Origin: Terriglobales bacterium
GTDB taxonomy: Bacteria > Acidobacteriota > Terriglobia > Terriglobales > Acidobacteriaceae
Direction of reading: 5' to 3'
Length of the DNA: 64,000 bases
Assembly: GCA_035457425.1 (NCBI GenBank)
Contig: DATIBR010000030.1
Span: 15,991 to 79,990, forward strand
Part shown: one piece after another, positions 1-8,810 of the stretch
Numbering within the stretch: position 1 is the stretch's first letter
How the letters are laid out: each line of letters starts with the position of its first letter
The notes under the pieces: generated by a model
Seen by the model: only the letters and a program-made list of their open reading frames with translations
Told to the model about the DNA's origin: nothing
Databases searched by the model: none
Program-made: the position numbers and the translations under genes

Positions 1-1587
1 CTGCAATTGCGGCGTGGGCAGCAGGTGCATCGCTTGCCGGAGTCCGAGGAGGAGCAGCGCAGCGTGGCGCGCTCGGTCAGTGGGGAGAACCCGACCGCCG
101 AGGATTTCCGCGACCTGGTGGAGCGGCGGATGGCCGCAGTCGCCGACATCTATGAGCGCGTCATCCACAGTCAGCAGCAGCACCAGGACAGGGCCAAGGA
201 GGACGAATTCCGCCTGGCAGCCACGCTGGAAGCCAGCGGCGACCAGTCGTACCACCAGATGCTCGAGCGGCTGGCCGTGGATTCCCCGGCGGTGTATGCC
301 ATTGCTGCGCGGCGCGAACTGCCCAGCCACACGCGCAAGAATCTGCACCGCTTCCTGAGCGCGGCCTTCACCGGCTCGGACCGGTACGCGGCGGTGCTGC
401 GCGAGCCGCAAGCGCTCGAGCGGGCACTGCGGCTGTTCAGCACCAGCGACTTCCTGACGGAGATCCTGCTGCGTCATCCGGAGGAGATCGCGACGCTGGC
501 GGGCATGGGTGAGCCGGCCGCGGCCGGCTCGCTGCTGTTCGACGATGAGACGGTCGGAAGGGTTCCCGACCCGATCTTCGACTACGTAGCGCAGGCGGGC
601 ATGGCCCGCCCGGAGCGACTGGCGCTGTTGCGGCGGCACTATCGCCATCGGCTGTTCGCGACGGCGGCACGCGACGTGATGGAGCTACGCGGCGTGTACG
701 AGTCGCTTGCTGAGATGACCGCGACCGCGGACGACGCGCTGCGCGCGGCGGTCGCGATGGCCGGCGCGCCGGATGGGTTCGCTGTCATCGCACTGGGAAG
801 GCTGGGCACGGAAGAGTTCGACGTGGCGTCGGACGCCGACCTGCTGTTCGTGCGCGAGGAAGACGTGCACCCGAAGGCCGCGACGCGCGCGGCGGAACTG
901 GTGGTCGAAGCGCTGGCTGCCTACACCCGTGATGGAACGGTTTTCGCCGTGGACCCACGGCTGCGTCCGCGCGGGGCAGAAGGCGAGCTGGTGACGACGC
1001 CGGCGGCGTTGCGGCAGTACTTCCAGGGCGAAGCGCATGCGTGGGAGGCGCTGACCTACACCAAGCTGCGTGCAGTCGCGGGAAGCGGGCCGTTGGGCGC
1101 AAAGGCGGCGGAGGTGGTGCGCGGCGAGCTGGAGCGGTTCGCGCGCGACGGCCGCCTGGCGGATGAGGTCCGGGCGATGCGCTTCAAGCTCGAGAGTTCC
1201 GACAACGGTGCGAACTTCAAGTTGGCGCCGGGCGGCTTTTACGACATCGACTTCATCGTCAGCTATCTCCTGGTGCGGCATGGGCTGCGCGATACGCGGG
1301 GGAACATCCGCGAACGGTTGTACGGGCTGGCGGAGCGGCGGCTGCTGTCGGACGCGGACTGCGCGACGCTGGACCTCGCCGCGGAGCTGCTGCGAACGGT
1401 AGAGCACGTCATCCGGCTGGCGCTGGGACGAGCGCGGAAATCGTTGCCGGTGGCGGAACACGCGCGCGAGGTCACCGAGCGGCTGACGGCGAAGATGCTG
1501 GACCGGCAACTTGCCGGCGGACTGGAGCAGGAACTGGCGCAATCGTCCGCGAAAGTCAGGGAGATCTACGAGCGGGTCGTGCGTTAG
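1..1587 (+). CDS. glnE: Glutamine synthetase adenylyltransferase/adenylyl-removing enzyme, C-terminal part (5' end outside window)
   Basis: Frame is open to the left window edge. Translation carries a GlnE-type nucleotidyltransferase core (ALGRLGTEEFDVASDADLLFV, DPRLRPRG, WEALTYTKLR) plus the C-terminal helical domain. Confidence 0.85.
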   Translation: MQLRRGQQVHRLPESEEEQRSVARSVSGENPTAEDFRDLVERRMAAVADIYERVIHSQQQHQDRAKEDEFRLAATLEASGDQSYHQMLERLAVDSPAVYAIAARRELPSHTRKNLHRFLSAAFTGSDRYAAVLREPQALERALRLFSTSDFLTEILLRHPEEIATLAGMGEPAAAGSLLFDDETVGRVPDPIFDYVAQAGMARPERLALLRRHYRHRLFATAARDVMELRGVYESLAEMTATADDALRAAVAMAGAPDGFAVIALGRLGTEEFDVASDADLLFVREEDVHPKAATRAAELVVEALAAYTRDGTVFAVDPRLRPRGAEGELVTTPAALRQYFQGEAHAWEALTYTKLRAVAGSGPLGAKAAEVVRGELERFARDGRLADEVRAMRFKLESSDNGANFKLAPGGFYDIDFIVSYLLVRHGLRDTRGNIRERLYGLAERRLLSDADCATLDLAAELLRTVEHVIRLALGRARKSLPVAEHAREVTERLTAKMLDRQLAGGLEQELAQSSAKVREIYERVVR

Positions 1588-1649
1588 GGCAACCGCTTTT
1601 CGTCTTTCCGAACCCCCGGCGGCTATAATCAAAGGTTTTCGGAGGCCCC

Positions 1650-3089
1650 ATGTCTTCTTCCTATAACGGCGTCCCGCTGCCGCCGGACGGCGCGCGCATC
1701 GACTACGCGGGCGGACGCTTCGTCATACCGGAGAACCCCATCATCCCGTTCATCGAGGGCGACGGGACCGGGCGCGACATCTGGAAGGCGTCGCGACGCG
1801 TGTTCGATGCGGCGGTGCAAAAGGCCTACGCCGGCAAGCGCAAGGTCGCGTGGTATGAGGTGTTCGCGGGCGAGAAGGCGTTCACGCGATTCAAGACGTG
1901 GTTGCCGGACGATACGGTGCACGCCATCCGCGACCTGCGCGTCTCCATCAAGGGGCCGCTGACGACGCCGGTGGGCGGCGGCATCCGCTCGCTCAACGTC
2001 ACGCTGCGGCAGACGCTTGATCTCTATTCCTGCGTGCGCCCGGTGCGCTACTACCAGGGCGTGCCGTCGCCGGTGAAGCATCCGGAGCGCATGAACGTGG
2101 TCATCTTCCGCGAGAACACCGAGGATGTGTACGCGGGCGTGGAGTGGAAGCAGGGCACGCCCGACGCAAAGAAGCTCATCGACTTCCTCAACAACGAGAT
2201 GCTGAAGGGGACGAAGAAGCGGATCCGCGAGGATTCCGGCGTCGGCATCAAGCCGATCTCCGTGACGGGCACGAAACGCCTGGTGCGGATGGCCATCCAA
2301 TACGCGCTGGCGAACGGACGCAAGAGCGTCACGCTGATGCACAAAGGCAACATCCAGAAGTTCACCGAGGGCGCCTTTCGCGAGTGGGGCTACGAGGTCG
2401 CGACCGAGGAGTTCCGCGCCCAAGTCATCACCGAGCGCGAGAGCTGGATCGTCGGCAACAAGGACAAGGACGCCGGGCTGACGGTCGAGCAGAACGCCGC
2501 CATGATCGAGCCCGGACTGGAACTGGCAGCGGAAGACTTCCGCCAGCAGGTGTATGCGGAAGTTAAGAGCGTGCTCGACAAGATCTATGCCAGCCACGGC
2601 AAGGGCGCGTGGAAGAAGAAGTTGATGATCAACGACCGCATCGCGGATTCGATCTTCCAACAGGTCATCACGCGGCCCGAGGAGTACGCGGTGCTGGCCA
2701 CCCCCAACCTGAACGGCGATTACATCTCCGACGCGTGCGCGGCGCAGGTCGGCGGGCTGGGCATCGCTCCGGGAGCGAACATCGGCGACCAGCATGCGAT
2801 CTTCGAGGCGACGCATGGCACGGCGCCGAAGTACGCGGACAAGGACGTCATCAATCCCGGTTCGGTGATCCTCTCGGGCGTGATGATGTTCGAGTTCCTC
2901 GGCTGGACCGAGGCGGCGCGGATGATCGAGGACGCGATGGAGCGGACCATCCAGCAGAAGAAGGTGACGTACGATTTCGAGCGCCTGATGGAAGGCGCGA
3001 CCAAGGTGAAGACGAGTGAGTTTGCCGACTACATCATCCGGAACATGGAGACACCGAAGCGGACGAGCTCGAGCTCGGCGGCGGATTAA
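1650..3089 (+). CDS. icd: NADP-dependent isocitrate dehydrogenase (prokaryotic homodimeric type, with an internal insertion and short C-terminal tail)
   Basis: Motifs [57 protein letters not shown] start 62 nt after the glnE stop. Confidence 0.95.
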   Translation: MSSSYNGVPLPPDGARIDYAGGRFVIPENPIIPFIEGDGTGRDIWKASRRVFDAAVQKAYAGKRKVAWYEVFAGEKAFTRFKTWLPDDTVHAIRDLRVSIKGPLTTPVGGGIRSLNVTLRQTLDLYSCVRPVRYYQGVPSPVKHPERMNVVIFRENTEDVYAGVEWKQGTPDAKKLIDFLNNEMLKGTKKRIREDSGVGIKPISVTGTKRLVRMAIQYALANGRKSVTLMHKGNIQKFTEGAFREWGYEVATEEFRAQVITERESWIVGNKDKDAGLTVEQNAAMIEPGLELAAEDFRQQVYAEVKSVLDKIYASHGKGAWKKKLMINDRIADSIFQQVITRPEEYAVLATPNLNGDYISDACAAQVGGLGIAPGANIGDQHAIFEATHGTAPKYADKDVINPGSVILSGVMMFEFLGWTEAARMIEDAMERTIQQKKVTYDFERLMEGATKVKTSEFADYIIRNMETPKRTSSSSAAD

Positions 3090-3110
3090 TACGAGAGGAA
3101 GGATTCATAC

Positions 3111-4037
3111 ATGCGCAAGAAAGTAACCATCGTAGGGAGCGGCAACGTCGGAGCGACGGCGGCGCATTGGATCGCGTCGAAGGAACTGGCCGACGTCGTG
3201 CTGATCGACATCGTGGAAGGCGTGCCGCAGGGCAAGGGACTCGACCTGCTGGAAGCGATGCCGATCGAGAAGAAGGACTCGCACATCCTCGGCACCAACG
3301 ACTACGCCGATACGGCAAACTCCGACATCGTGGTCATCACGGCCGGCATCCCGCGCAAGCCGGGCATGAGCCGCGACGACCTGCTCAACACCAACTACAA
3401 GATCATGCAGGACGTGGTCGGCAAAGTGGTGGCGAACTCGCCGAACTGCATCCTTATCATCGTCTCGAATCCGCTGGACGCGATGGCGCAGGCCGCCTAC
3501 CGCATCTCGAAGTTCAATCGCGAGCGCGTGATCGGCATGGCGGGCGTGCTCGACTCGGCGCGCTTCCGCACCTTCGTCGCCGAGGAACTGAAAGTGTCGG
3601 TGGAGAACGTGACCGCTTTCGTGCTCGGCGGCCACGGCGACACCATGGTGCCGCTCGTCCGCTACTCGACGGTCGCAGGCATCCCGCTGCCGGAGCTGAT
3701 CGCCAAGGACCGCCTCGATGCCCTGGTGCAGCGCACGCGCGATGGCGGCGCCGAGATCGTGAAGTACCTGAAGACCGGCTCGGCCTATTACGCGCCCTCG
3801 GCTGCGGTGTGCGAGATGGTGGAAGCCATTCTGAAGGACAAGAAGAAGATCCTGCCGTGCGCGGCGTATCTCGAGGGCGAGTACGGGATCAAGGGCTTGT
3901 TCGTCGGCGTGCCGTGCAAGCTGGGGGCCGCGGGCCTGGAGCAGATCATCCAGATCAAGCTGACTCCGGAAGAGCAGGCCGCGCTGCAAAAGAGCGCGGA
4001 CGCGGTGAAGGAACTCGTGGCGGTGATCGGGGCCTAG
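3111..4037 (+). CDS. mdh: Malate dehydrogenase (LDH-like family)
   Basis: Motifs [10 protein letters not shown] Rossmann loop, [49 protein letters not shown] region upstream. Confidence 0.95.
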   Translation: MRKKVTIVGSGNVGATAAHWIASKELADVVLIDIVEGVPQGKGLDLLEAMPIEKKDSHILGTNDYADTANSDIVVITAGIPRKPGMSRDDLLNTNYKIMQDVVGKVVANSPNCILIIVSNPLDAMAQAAYRISKFNRERVIGMAGVLDSARFRTFVAEELKVSVENVTAFVLGGHGDTMVPLVRYSTVAGIPLPELIAKDRLDALVQRTRDGGAEIVKYLKTGSAYYAPSAAVCEMVEAILKDKKKILPCAAYLEGEYGIKGLFVGVPCKLGAAGLEQIIQIKLTPEEQAALQKSADAVKELVAVIGA

Positions 4038-4106
4038 GAACACCGCCCGGCCGAGGGTGGGCGGGCTACGACCCCGTTGATCTGGGGCGGCGCTGCGGCG
4101 TCGCCC

Positions 4107-4355
4107 TTATTTCTTGCCCAGGTGGGTGTCGAGCTTGGAGTAGAGGCGCTGGCTGAAGCCGTGGGGCACGTCGAAAGCCTTGCCGTCGCCGACGAGCTGC
4201 ACGACGTTGCGGGAGCCGTCGAGCACCGCGGTGCAATGCGCGCACACCTTGAAGTGGGCTTCCATCTTCGCGCGGACCTCGGGCGCGATGTCGCCCTCGA
4301 GATAGTTGGAGATCTCGCGGAACACCTGCAGGCAATCGACCGGGATCTTCACCAT
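4107..4355 (-). CDS. Zinc-binding (ZAS-type) anti-sigma factor, 82 aa
   Basis: H-x3-C-x2-C motif (HFKVCAHC). Its start overlaps the stop of the upstream ECF sigma gene by 7 nt. Confidence 0.75.
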   Translation of the reverse strand: MVKIPVDCLQVFREISNYLEGDIAPEVRAKMEAHFKVCAHCTAVLDGSRNVVQLVGDGKAFDVPHGFSQRLYSKLDTHLGKK

Positions 4356-5089
4356 GAGCGCACCTTCCGATAGGGTTCACCACTGGTCCAGGCGCCATCG
4401 AAGCCGGGCGCGAGCTGGTCGCGCATCTGCAGCCGCGCGCGCAGCAGCCGGACCTTCACGTTCGCTTGCGAAATGCCGAGGATGGCGGCCGTCTCCTCGA
4501 TGTTGAAGCCCTCCACATCGCGCAGGATGAGGACGCTGCGGTACTTTTCGTCGAGGCGCAGGAGCGCGGCCTGGAGCGCCTCGCGCAGCTCGCGCCGGGC
4601 GAGCGTCTCGCTCGGGATCTCGCGCCAGTCCGCTACGTCCTTTGGGATGTAGTCGGCGGCAGGGTCTTCGTCCGCGGGCGCGTCGAGCGATTCCTCGCCG
4701 CGGCGGTTGGCGCGACGGCGGCGGGCGAGCGCCTCGTTGATGACGATCTGCACCAGCCAGGTCTTGAAGCTCGATTCGCGCCGGAACTGCTTGAGGTTGA
4801 GGAAAGCCTTGAGCACGGCGTCCTGGGCCGCGTCTTCGGCGTCGGCCTCGCTGCGCAGGATGCCCCAGGCGGTGAGGTAAAGCGTGCGCTCGTGTGGCCG
4901 CACGAGGTCGTAGAAGGCCTCGTTGTCGCCGGCGAGCACGCGCGCGATGAGCGCCAGCTCTTCGGAGTGCGACTTGGCGGCGGTGGTCAAGGGGGTGAAT
5001 GTACCGCAAACCGCGGCCTCCGCGGTACGGTGCAGCCAGTCGAGGGTGCCGGCCGGCGGGTCAGGCTCGGGAGTGCAGCAGCGAGACAT
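4349..5089 (-). CDS. ECF-type RNA polymerase sigma-70 family factor
   Basis: Region 2 (DAEDAAQDAVLKAF, FKTWLVQIVINEA) and region 4 (YRSVLILRDVEGFNIEETAAILGISQANVKVRLLRAR). The exact start is uncertain; only one ATG is available. Confidence 0.9.
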   Translation of the reverse strand: MSRCCTPEPDPPAGTLDWLHRTAEAAVCGTFTPLTTAAKSHSEELALIARVLAGDNEAFYDLVRPHERTLYLTAWGILRSEADAEDAAQDAVLKAFLNLKQFRRESSFKTWLVQIVINEALARRRRANRRGEESLDAPADEDPAADYIPKDVADWREIPSETLARRELREALQAALLRLDEKYRSVLILRDVEGFNIEETAAILGISQANVKVRLLRARLQMRDQLAPGFDGAWTSGEPYRKVRSW

Positions 5090-5167
5090 CGCGTCAGGGG
5101 TCTGACGCCACGAGGGCCAGGAAGGTTACAGCGGTACGGCGGGCGAGTCGCCCGCCTCCACAACCAT

Positions 5168-5205
5168 GAGTGAAGGCCACGGCCGAGGGCGGCCGCGGTA
5201 CCCGT
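5168..5205. repeat. REP-like GC-rich hairpin element, copy A (abuts the cyclophilin stop codon)
   Basis: AGTGAAGGCCACGGCCGAGGGCGGCCGCGGTACCCG is nearly identical to 26131-26167. On the minus strand it folds as CCGCGGCCG-CCCT-CGGCCGTGG followed by CCTTCAC. Confidence 0.6.
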
Positions 5206-5733
5206 TCACGAGCGCTCGATGGTCACCGAGTTGATGTGGACTTCCTTGGCCGGCTTGTCGTTGGCCGCGGTCTTCACGCGCGAGATCTTGTTCACGACCT
5301 CCATACCCTCGACCACTTCGCCGAAGATGGTGTGCTTGCCGGTGAGCCACACGGTGGGGGCCACGGTGATGAAGAACTGCGAGCCATTGGTGTTGGGGCC
5401 CGCGTTGGCCATGGCGAGCTTGCCGGGCTTGTCGAACTTGTGCGGCGAGCCGGAGGTCTCGTCCTGGAACTGGTAGCCCGGGCCGCCGTAGCCGGTGCCG
5501 GCGGGGTCGCCGCCCTGGATCATGAAGTCGGGGATGACGCGGTGGAAGATGGAGCCGTCGTAGAGCTTCTCCTTGGACTTCTGGCGGGTGACCGGGTGGG
5601 TCCATTCGCGCTTGCCCTCGGCGAGGTCGGTGAAGTTCTTCACCGTGATGGGTGCTTCCTTCTCGAACAGGCGGCAGACGATCTTGCCTTCGGTAGTATC
5701 GAACGTGGCGTAGGTACCGGCGGGACGTGCCAT
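5206..5733 (-). CDS. Peptidyl-prolyl cis-trans isomerase, cyclophilin type (cytoplasmic)
   Basis: Motifs [45 protein letters not shown]. Confidence 0.95.
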   Translation of the reverse strand: MARPAGTYATFDTTEGKIVCRLFEKEAPITVKNFTDLAEGKREWTHPVTRQKSKEKLYDGSIFHRVIPDFMIQGGDPAGTGYGGPGYQFQDETSGSPHKFDKPGKLAMANAGPNTNGSQFFITVAPTVWLTGKHTIFGEVVEGMEVVNKISRVKTAANDKPAKEVHINSVTIERS

Positions 5734-5799
5734 GTGTTTCCTTTCGATTACAGCAAATATCTAACGTAGTACTTGAGACGGCCAGAAGGCCGTCTCTAC

Positions 5800-6528
5800 T
5801 TATGGATTCTTCGGCGGCTTGGTGGCCGACTTCGGCTTAGCCTTGGTCTTCGGGGCGGCGGGCCGTGCGGCCGCCGGCATGCCCGTGATGGTGATGCTGG
5901 TGACCTTCACGGGATTGAACGGCCGGTTGCTGTTCGGGCGCTCGTCGCGGGGCATGCGCGCGATCTTGCCGACCAGGTCGACCGACGCCTGGTCGCACTG
6001 GCCGAAGATGGTGTGGCCGAAGCCGTTGGGGACGACGCCCATGCCCGGCCGGACGCAGCCGTTCGGGTCCTTGCAGAAGTTCAGGTGCGGCGTCGGGACC
6101 TCGGTGATGAAGAACTGGGAGCCGTTGGTCTTCGGACCCGAGTTGGCCATCGCCAGGCGGCCCGGGCGATCGAAGGTCAGGCCTTCGACGAACTCGTCCT
6201 CGAAGGTGTAGCCGACGCCGCCGGAGCCGTTGCCGAGCGGGTCGCCGCCCTGGATCATGAAGTTCGGGATCACGCGGTGGAAGATGGTGCCGCTATAGAG
6301 CGACACACCATGCATCGTCTTGCCGCTCTTGGGATCCTTCCAGTCCTTGGTGCCCTGAGCGAGCCCTACGAAGTTGGCGACGGTCTTCGGCGCTTTGTCA
6401 GGGAAGAGTTCGCAGGTCAGGTCACCGGCGGTGGTGTGGAACACGGCGGTGGGCTTCGCGGGCGCGGACTGGGCCGCCATCGGCAGCGCGGACAGCAGCA
6501 GGACGAACGACGACACGATGGAAAGCAT
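5800..6528 (-). CDS. Secreted cyclophilin-type peptidyl-prolyl isomerase with a Lys/Pro/Ala-rich C-terminal tail
   Basis: Internal ATG at 6528 is preceded by AGGAGA and gives signal peptide [24 protein letters not shown]. Cyclophilin motifs [15 protein letters not shown] and [16 protein letters not shown]. The upstream part of the 381-aa track ORF is Arg/Pro-rich junk. Confidence 0.85.
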   Translation of the reverse strand: MLSIVSSFVLLLSALPMAAQSAPAKPTAVFHTTAGDLTCELFPDKAPKTVANFVGLAQGTKDWKDPKSGKTMHGVSLYSGTIFHRVIPNFMIQGGDPLGNGSGGVGYTFEDEFVEGLTFDRPGRLAMANSGPKTNGSQFFITEVPTPHLNFCKDPNGCVRPGMGVVPNGFGHTIFGQCDQASVDLVGKIARMPRDERPNSNRPFNPVKVTSITITGMPAAARPAAPKTKAKPKSATKPPKNP

Positions 6529-6536
6529 GAACTCTC

Positions 6537-7847
6537 CTATTTCTTGGGCTCGGGCTGGGGCTTGTCGTCCAGGGCCGGATCGCGGCGGAAGCCGGAAGCC
6601 TCCTCCTGCTTGATCTGCTGCGAGATCCGCTCCACTTCGCGGAACACGCGCAGCAGGTTGCCGCCGAGGATCTTCTTCACGTCGCCTGGGCTGTAGCCGC
6701 GCTTCATCAGTTCGGCGGTGATCTTCGGCAGGTCGGCAGCGCTGTCGATGCCCTCGGGCAGGCACGGCACGCCGTCGAAGTCGGAGCCAAGGCCGACGTG
6801 GTCCACGCCCGCGACCTTGGCGATGTGATCGATGTGGTCGATGAGCGACTTGAGCGGTGGCCGCGGGATCTTCGCCGCCCACTCTTTGCCGGTGCGGTCG
6901 GAGACCCACCACGGCACCTGCTGGCCCGGATGCTCGGCCGCCCACTTCTTCTCGGCGGCTTCGACCGCGGCGTTGCGCTCCTTGGACTGCGCGGTGAAGG
7001 CCTTGCGGTACTCCTCGTCGATGAAAGCGGGGAAGAAGTTGACCATCACGACGCCGCCGTTGCGTTCGACCGCGCGCAGCATGTCGTCGGTCATGTTGCG
7101 CGGGTGGTTGGTGAGGGCGCGCGCCGACGAGTGCGAGGCGATCACGGGCGCGCGGCTCATGAGCACCGCCTTGTAGAAGGTCCGGTCGGAGACGTGCGAG
7201 ATGTCGACCATCATGCCGAGCTTGTTCATCTCGCGCACGACCTCCTTGCCGAAGGGCGTGAGGCCGTCGTGATGCTGGATCTTTTCGTCGTTGATGTCGC
7301 CGGAGGAATCCGCCCAGTCGTTGGTGTTGGACCAGGTAAGCGTCATGTATCGGACGCCGAGGCGATAGAAGTCGCGCAGGATCGGCAGCGAGTTCTCGAT
7401 GGCGTGCCCGCCCTCGACGCCCATCAGGGCAGCCAACTTCTTCTTCGGCCCACGGCGCGCCTTTTCGATGTCCGCGGCCGAGTACGCCATCGTCATCTCG
7501 CCGGGGTGCCTCTGGGCTTGCTGAAGCACGCTGTCAATGAGTTCGAACGCGCGCTTGGCGTAGTGGCCCTTGTTCGCGTCGGGCTCCACCCAGATGGAGA
7601 AGAACTCGGCGCCGAGGTTGCCCTTCTTGACCTTGCCGAAATCGATGTGGCCCTCGCTGATGGGCGTGTCCGTGGCCAGGTCGAAGCCTTCATCGAGAAA
7701 GCGCTGCGGCGTGTCGGCGTGCGTGTCCACCACGATGGCCGAAGTGTGGACCGCGGCGGGGTCGGCGGCCTTCTTCTTGGAGGGCGCGGTCTGAGCCATC
7801 AGGGAAGTGACAAGGAAAGCGGTAGAGAGCAGCAGAAGATTGCGCAT
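6537..7847 (-). CDS. Membrane dipeptidase (peptidase family M19), secreted
   Basis: Signal peptide, [33 protein letters not shown] metal-ligand motifs. Charged C-terminal extension. Confidence 0.9.
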   Translation of the reverse strand: MRNLLLLSTAFLVTSLMAQTAPSKKKAADPAAVHTSAIVVDTHADTPQRFLDEGFDLATDTPISEGHIDFGKVKKGNLGAEFFSIWVEPDANKGHYAKRAFELIDSVLQQAQRHPGEMTMAYSAADIEKARRGPKKKLAALMGVEGGHAIENSLPILRDFYRLGVRYMTLTWSNTNDWADSSGDINDEKIQHHDGLTPFGKEVVREMNKLGMMVDISHVSDRTFYKAVLMSRAPVIASHSSARALTNHPRNMTDDMLRAVERNGGVVMVNFFPAFIDEEYRKAFTAQSKERNAAVEAAEKKWAAEHPGQQVPWWVSDRTGKEWAAKIPRPPLKSLIDHIDHIAKVAGVDHVGLGSDFDGVPCLPEGIDSAADLPKITAELMKRGYSPGDVKKILGGNLLRVFREVERISQQIKQEEASGFRRDPALDDKPQPEPKK

Positions 7848-7896
7848 GGTCGTTTGTGCCTTGCGCCGCGGGTCGCCGGCGCTGAACCCACATCGA

Positions 7897-8646
7897 TCAG
7901 GTGGTGAAGAAATCCTTGAAAGCCTGCTTCATGACGGAGCGGCCGACGTCGGCGATGGCCTTGGTCAGCGGGATGTCTTTGGGGCAGATCTCCACGCAGT
8001 TCTGCGCGTAGCCACACTCGTGGATGCCGCCGTCGCCCATCAGCGCGCGCAGGCGCTCCGGCGCCTGCATCGCGCCGGTCGGGTTGGTGTTGAACAGCCG
8101 CACCTGGCCGATGGTGGCCGCGCCGACGAAACCGGTGTTCTGGTTGAACTGCGGACAGACCTCCATGCAGCAGGTGCACGAGATGCAGCGCGAGTAGGGA
8201 TATTCCTCGCCCTGCTGCTCCTCCGACTGCCGCGGGCCCGGACCGAGGTCGTAGGTGCCGTCGATCGGGATCCACGCCTTGACGCGCTTCAGGTTCTCGA
8301 ACAGCACGCTGCGGTCGACGGCGAGGTCGCGCACGACGGGGAACTTGGAGAGCGGTTCCAGCTTGATGGGCTGGTCGAGTTGGTCGATGAGCGCCGAGCA
8401 CGCCATGCGCGCCTTGCCGTTGATGAGCATCGCGCAGGAGCCGCAGACTTCCTCGAGGCAGTTGGAGTCGTAGGTGACGGGCGTGGTCGCCTTGCCGTCT
8501 TTCGTCTTCGGATTGAGCGCGATCTCCATCATCACGGAGATGACGTTCATGTTCGGCTTCCAGGGAAGCAGGAAGTCTTCCCAGTAGGCGGAGACGTCTG
8601 GGTTGGGCTGGCGCTTGATGCGGATGTGGATCGTCTTGTCAGCCAT
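7897..8646 (-). CDS. sdhB: Succinate dehydrogenase/fumarate reductase iron-sulfur subunit
   Basis: Three Cys clusters: CLEEVCGSCAMLINGKARMAC, CISCTCCMEVCP, CGYAQNCVEICP. Confidence 0.95.
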   Translation of the reverse strand: MADKTIHIRIKRQPNPDVSAYWEDFLLPWKPNMNVISVMMEIALNPKTKDGKATTPVTYDSNCLEEVCGSCAMLINGKARMACSALIDQLDQPIKLEPLSKFPVVRDLAVDRSVLFENLKRVKAWIPIDGTYDLGPGPRQSEEQQGEEYPYSRCISCTCCMEVCPQFNQNTGFVGAATIGQVRLFNTNPTGAMQAPERLRALMGDGGIHECGYAQNCVEICPKDIPLTKAIADVGRSVMKQAFKDFFTT

Positions 8647-8810
8647 CAGAAAACCCGTCCTCTAAGTCCTGCCACGACCAGCAAAGCTCCCACGAGGATG
8701 CCCAGGATCAGTTCCCAACCTGGGATGACGTCGTGCGCATAGGCGACCACTGCCAGGATAAGCAACCCGACGATCGCGAAAACTGTACGCCATGCCTTGT
8801 TTGTCATCAT
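8646..8810 (-). CDS. Unannotated 54-aa two-helix membrane microprotein between sdhA and sdhB
   Basis: Hand translation gives MMTNKAWRTVFAIVGLLILAVVAYAHDVIPGWELILGILVGALLVVAGLRGRVF. Its ATG overlaps the sdhA TGA (ATGA) and its TGA overlaps the sdhB ATG (TGATG). It is below the length cut-off of the ORF track. Confidence 0.5.
   Translation of the reverse strand: MMTNKAWRTVFAIVGLLILAVVAYAHDVIPGWELILGILVGALLVVAGLRGRVF

Noticed and set aside
5800-6945. The long N-terminal extensions offered by the track for this ORF, and similarly for 8807-10834, 12069-12800, 12855-14654, 23773-24645, 41609-43825, 43156-43923 and 46786-48174.
   Set aside because: The upstream portions are Arg/Pro/Gly-rich and often overlap the neighbouring gene. 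Internal ATG, GTG or TTG starts with RBS-like sequences give canonical N-termini or signal peptides.
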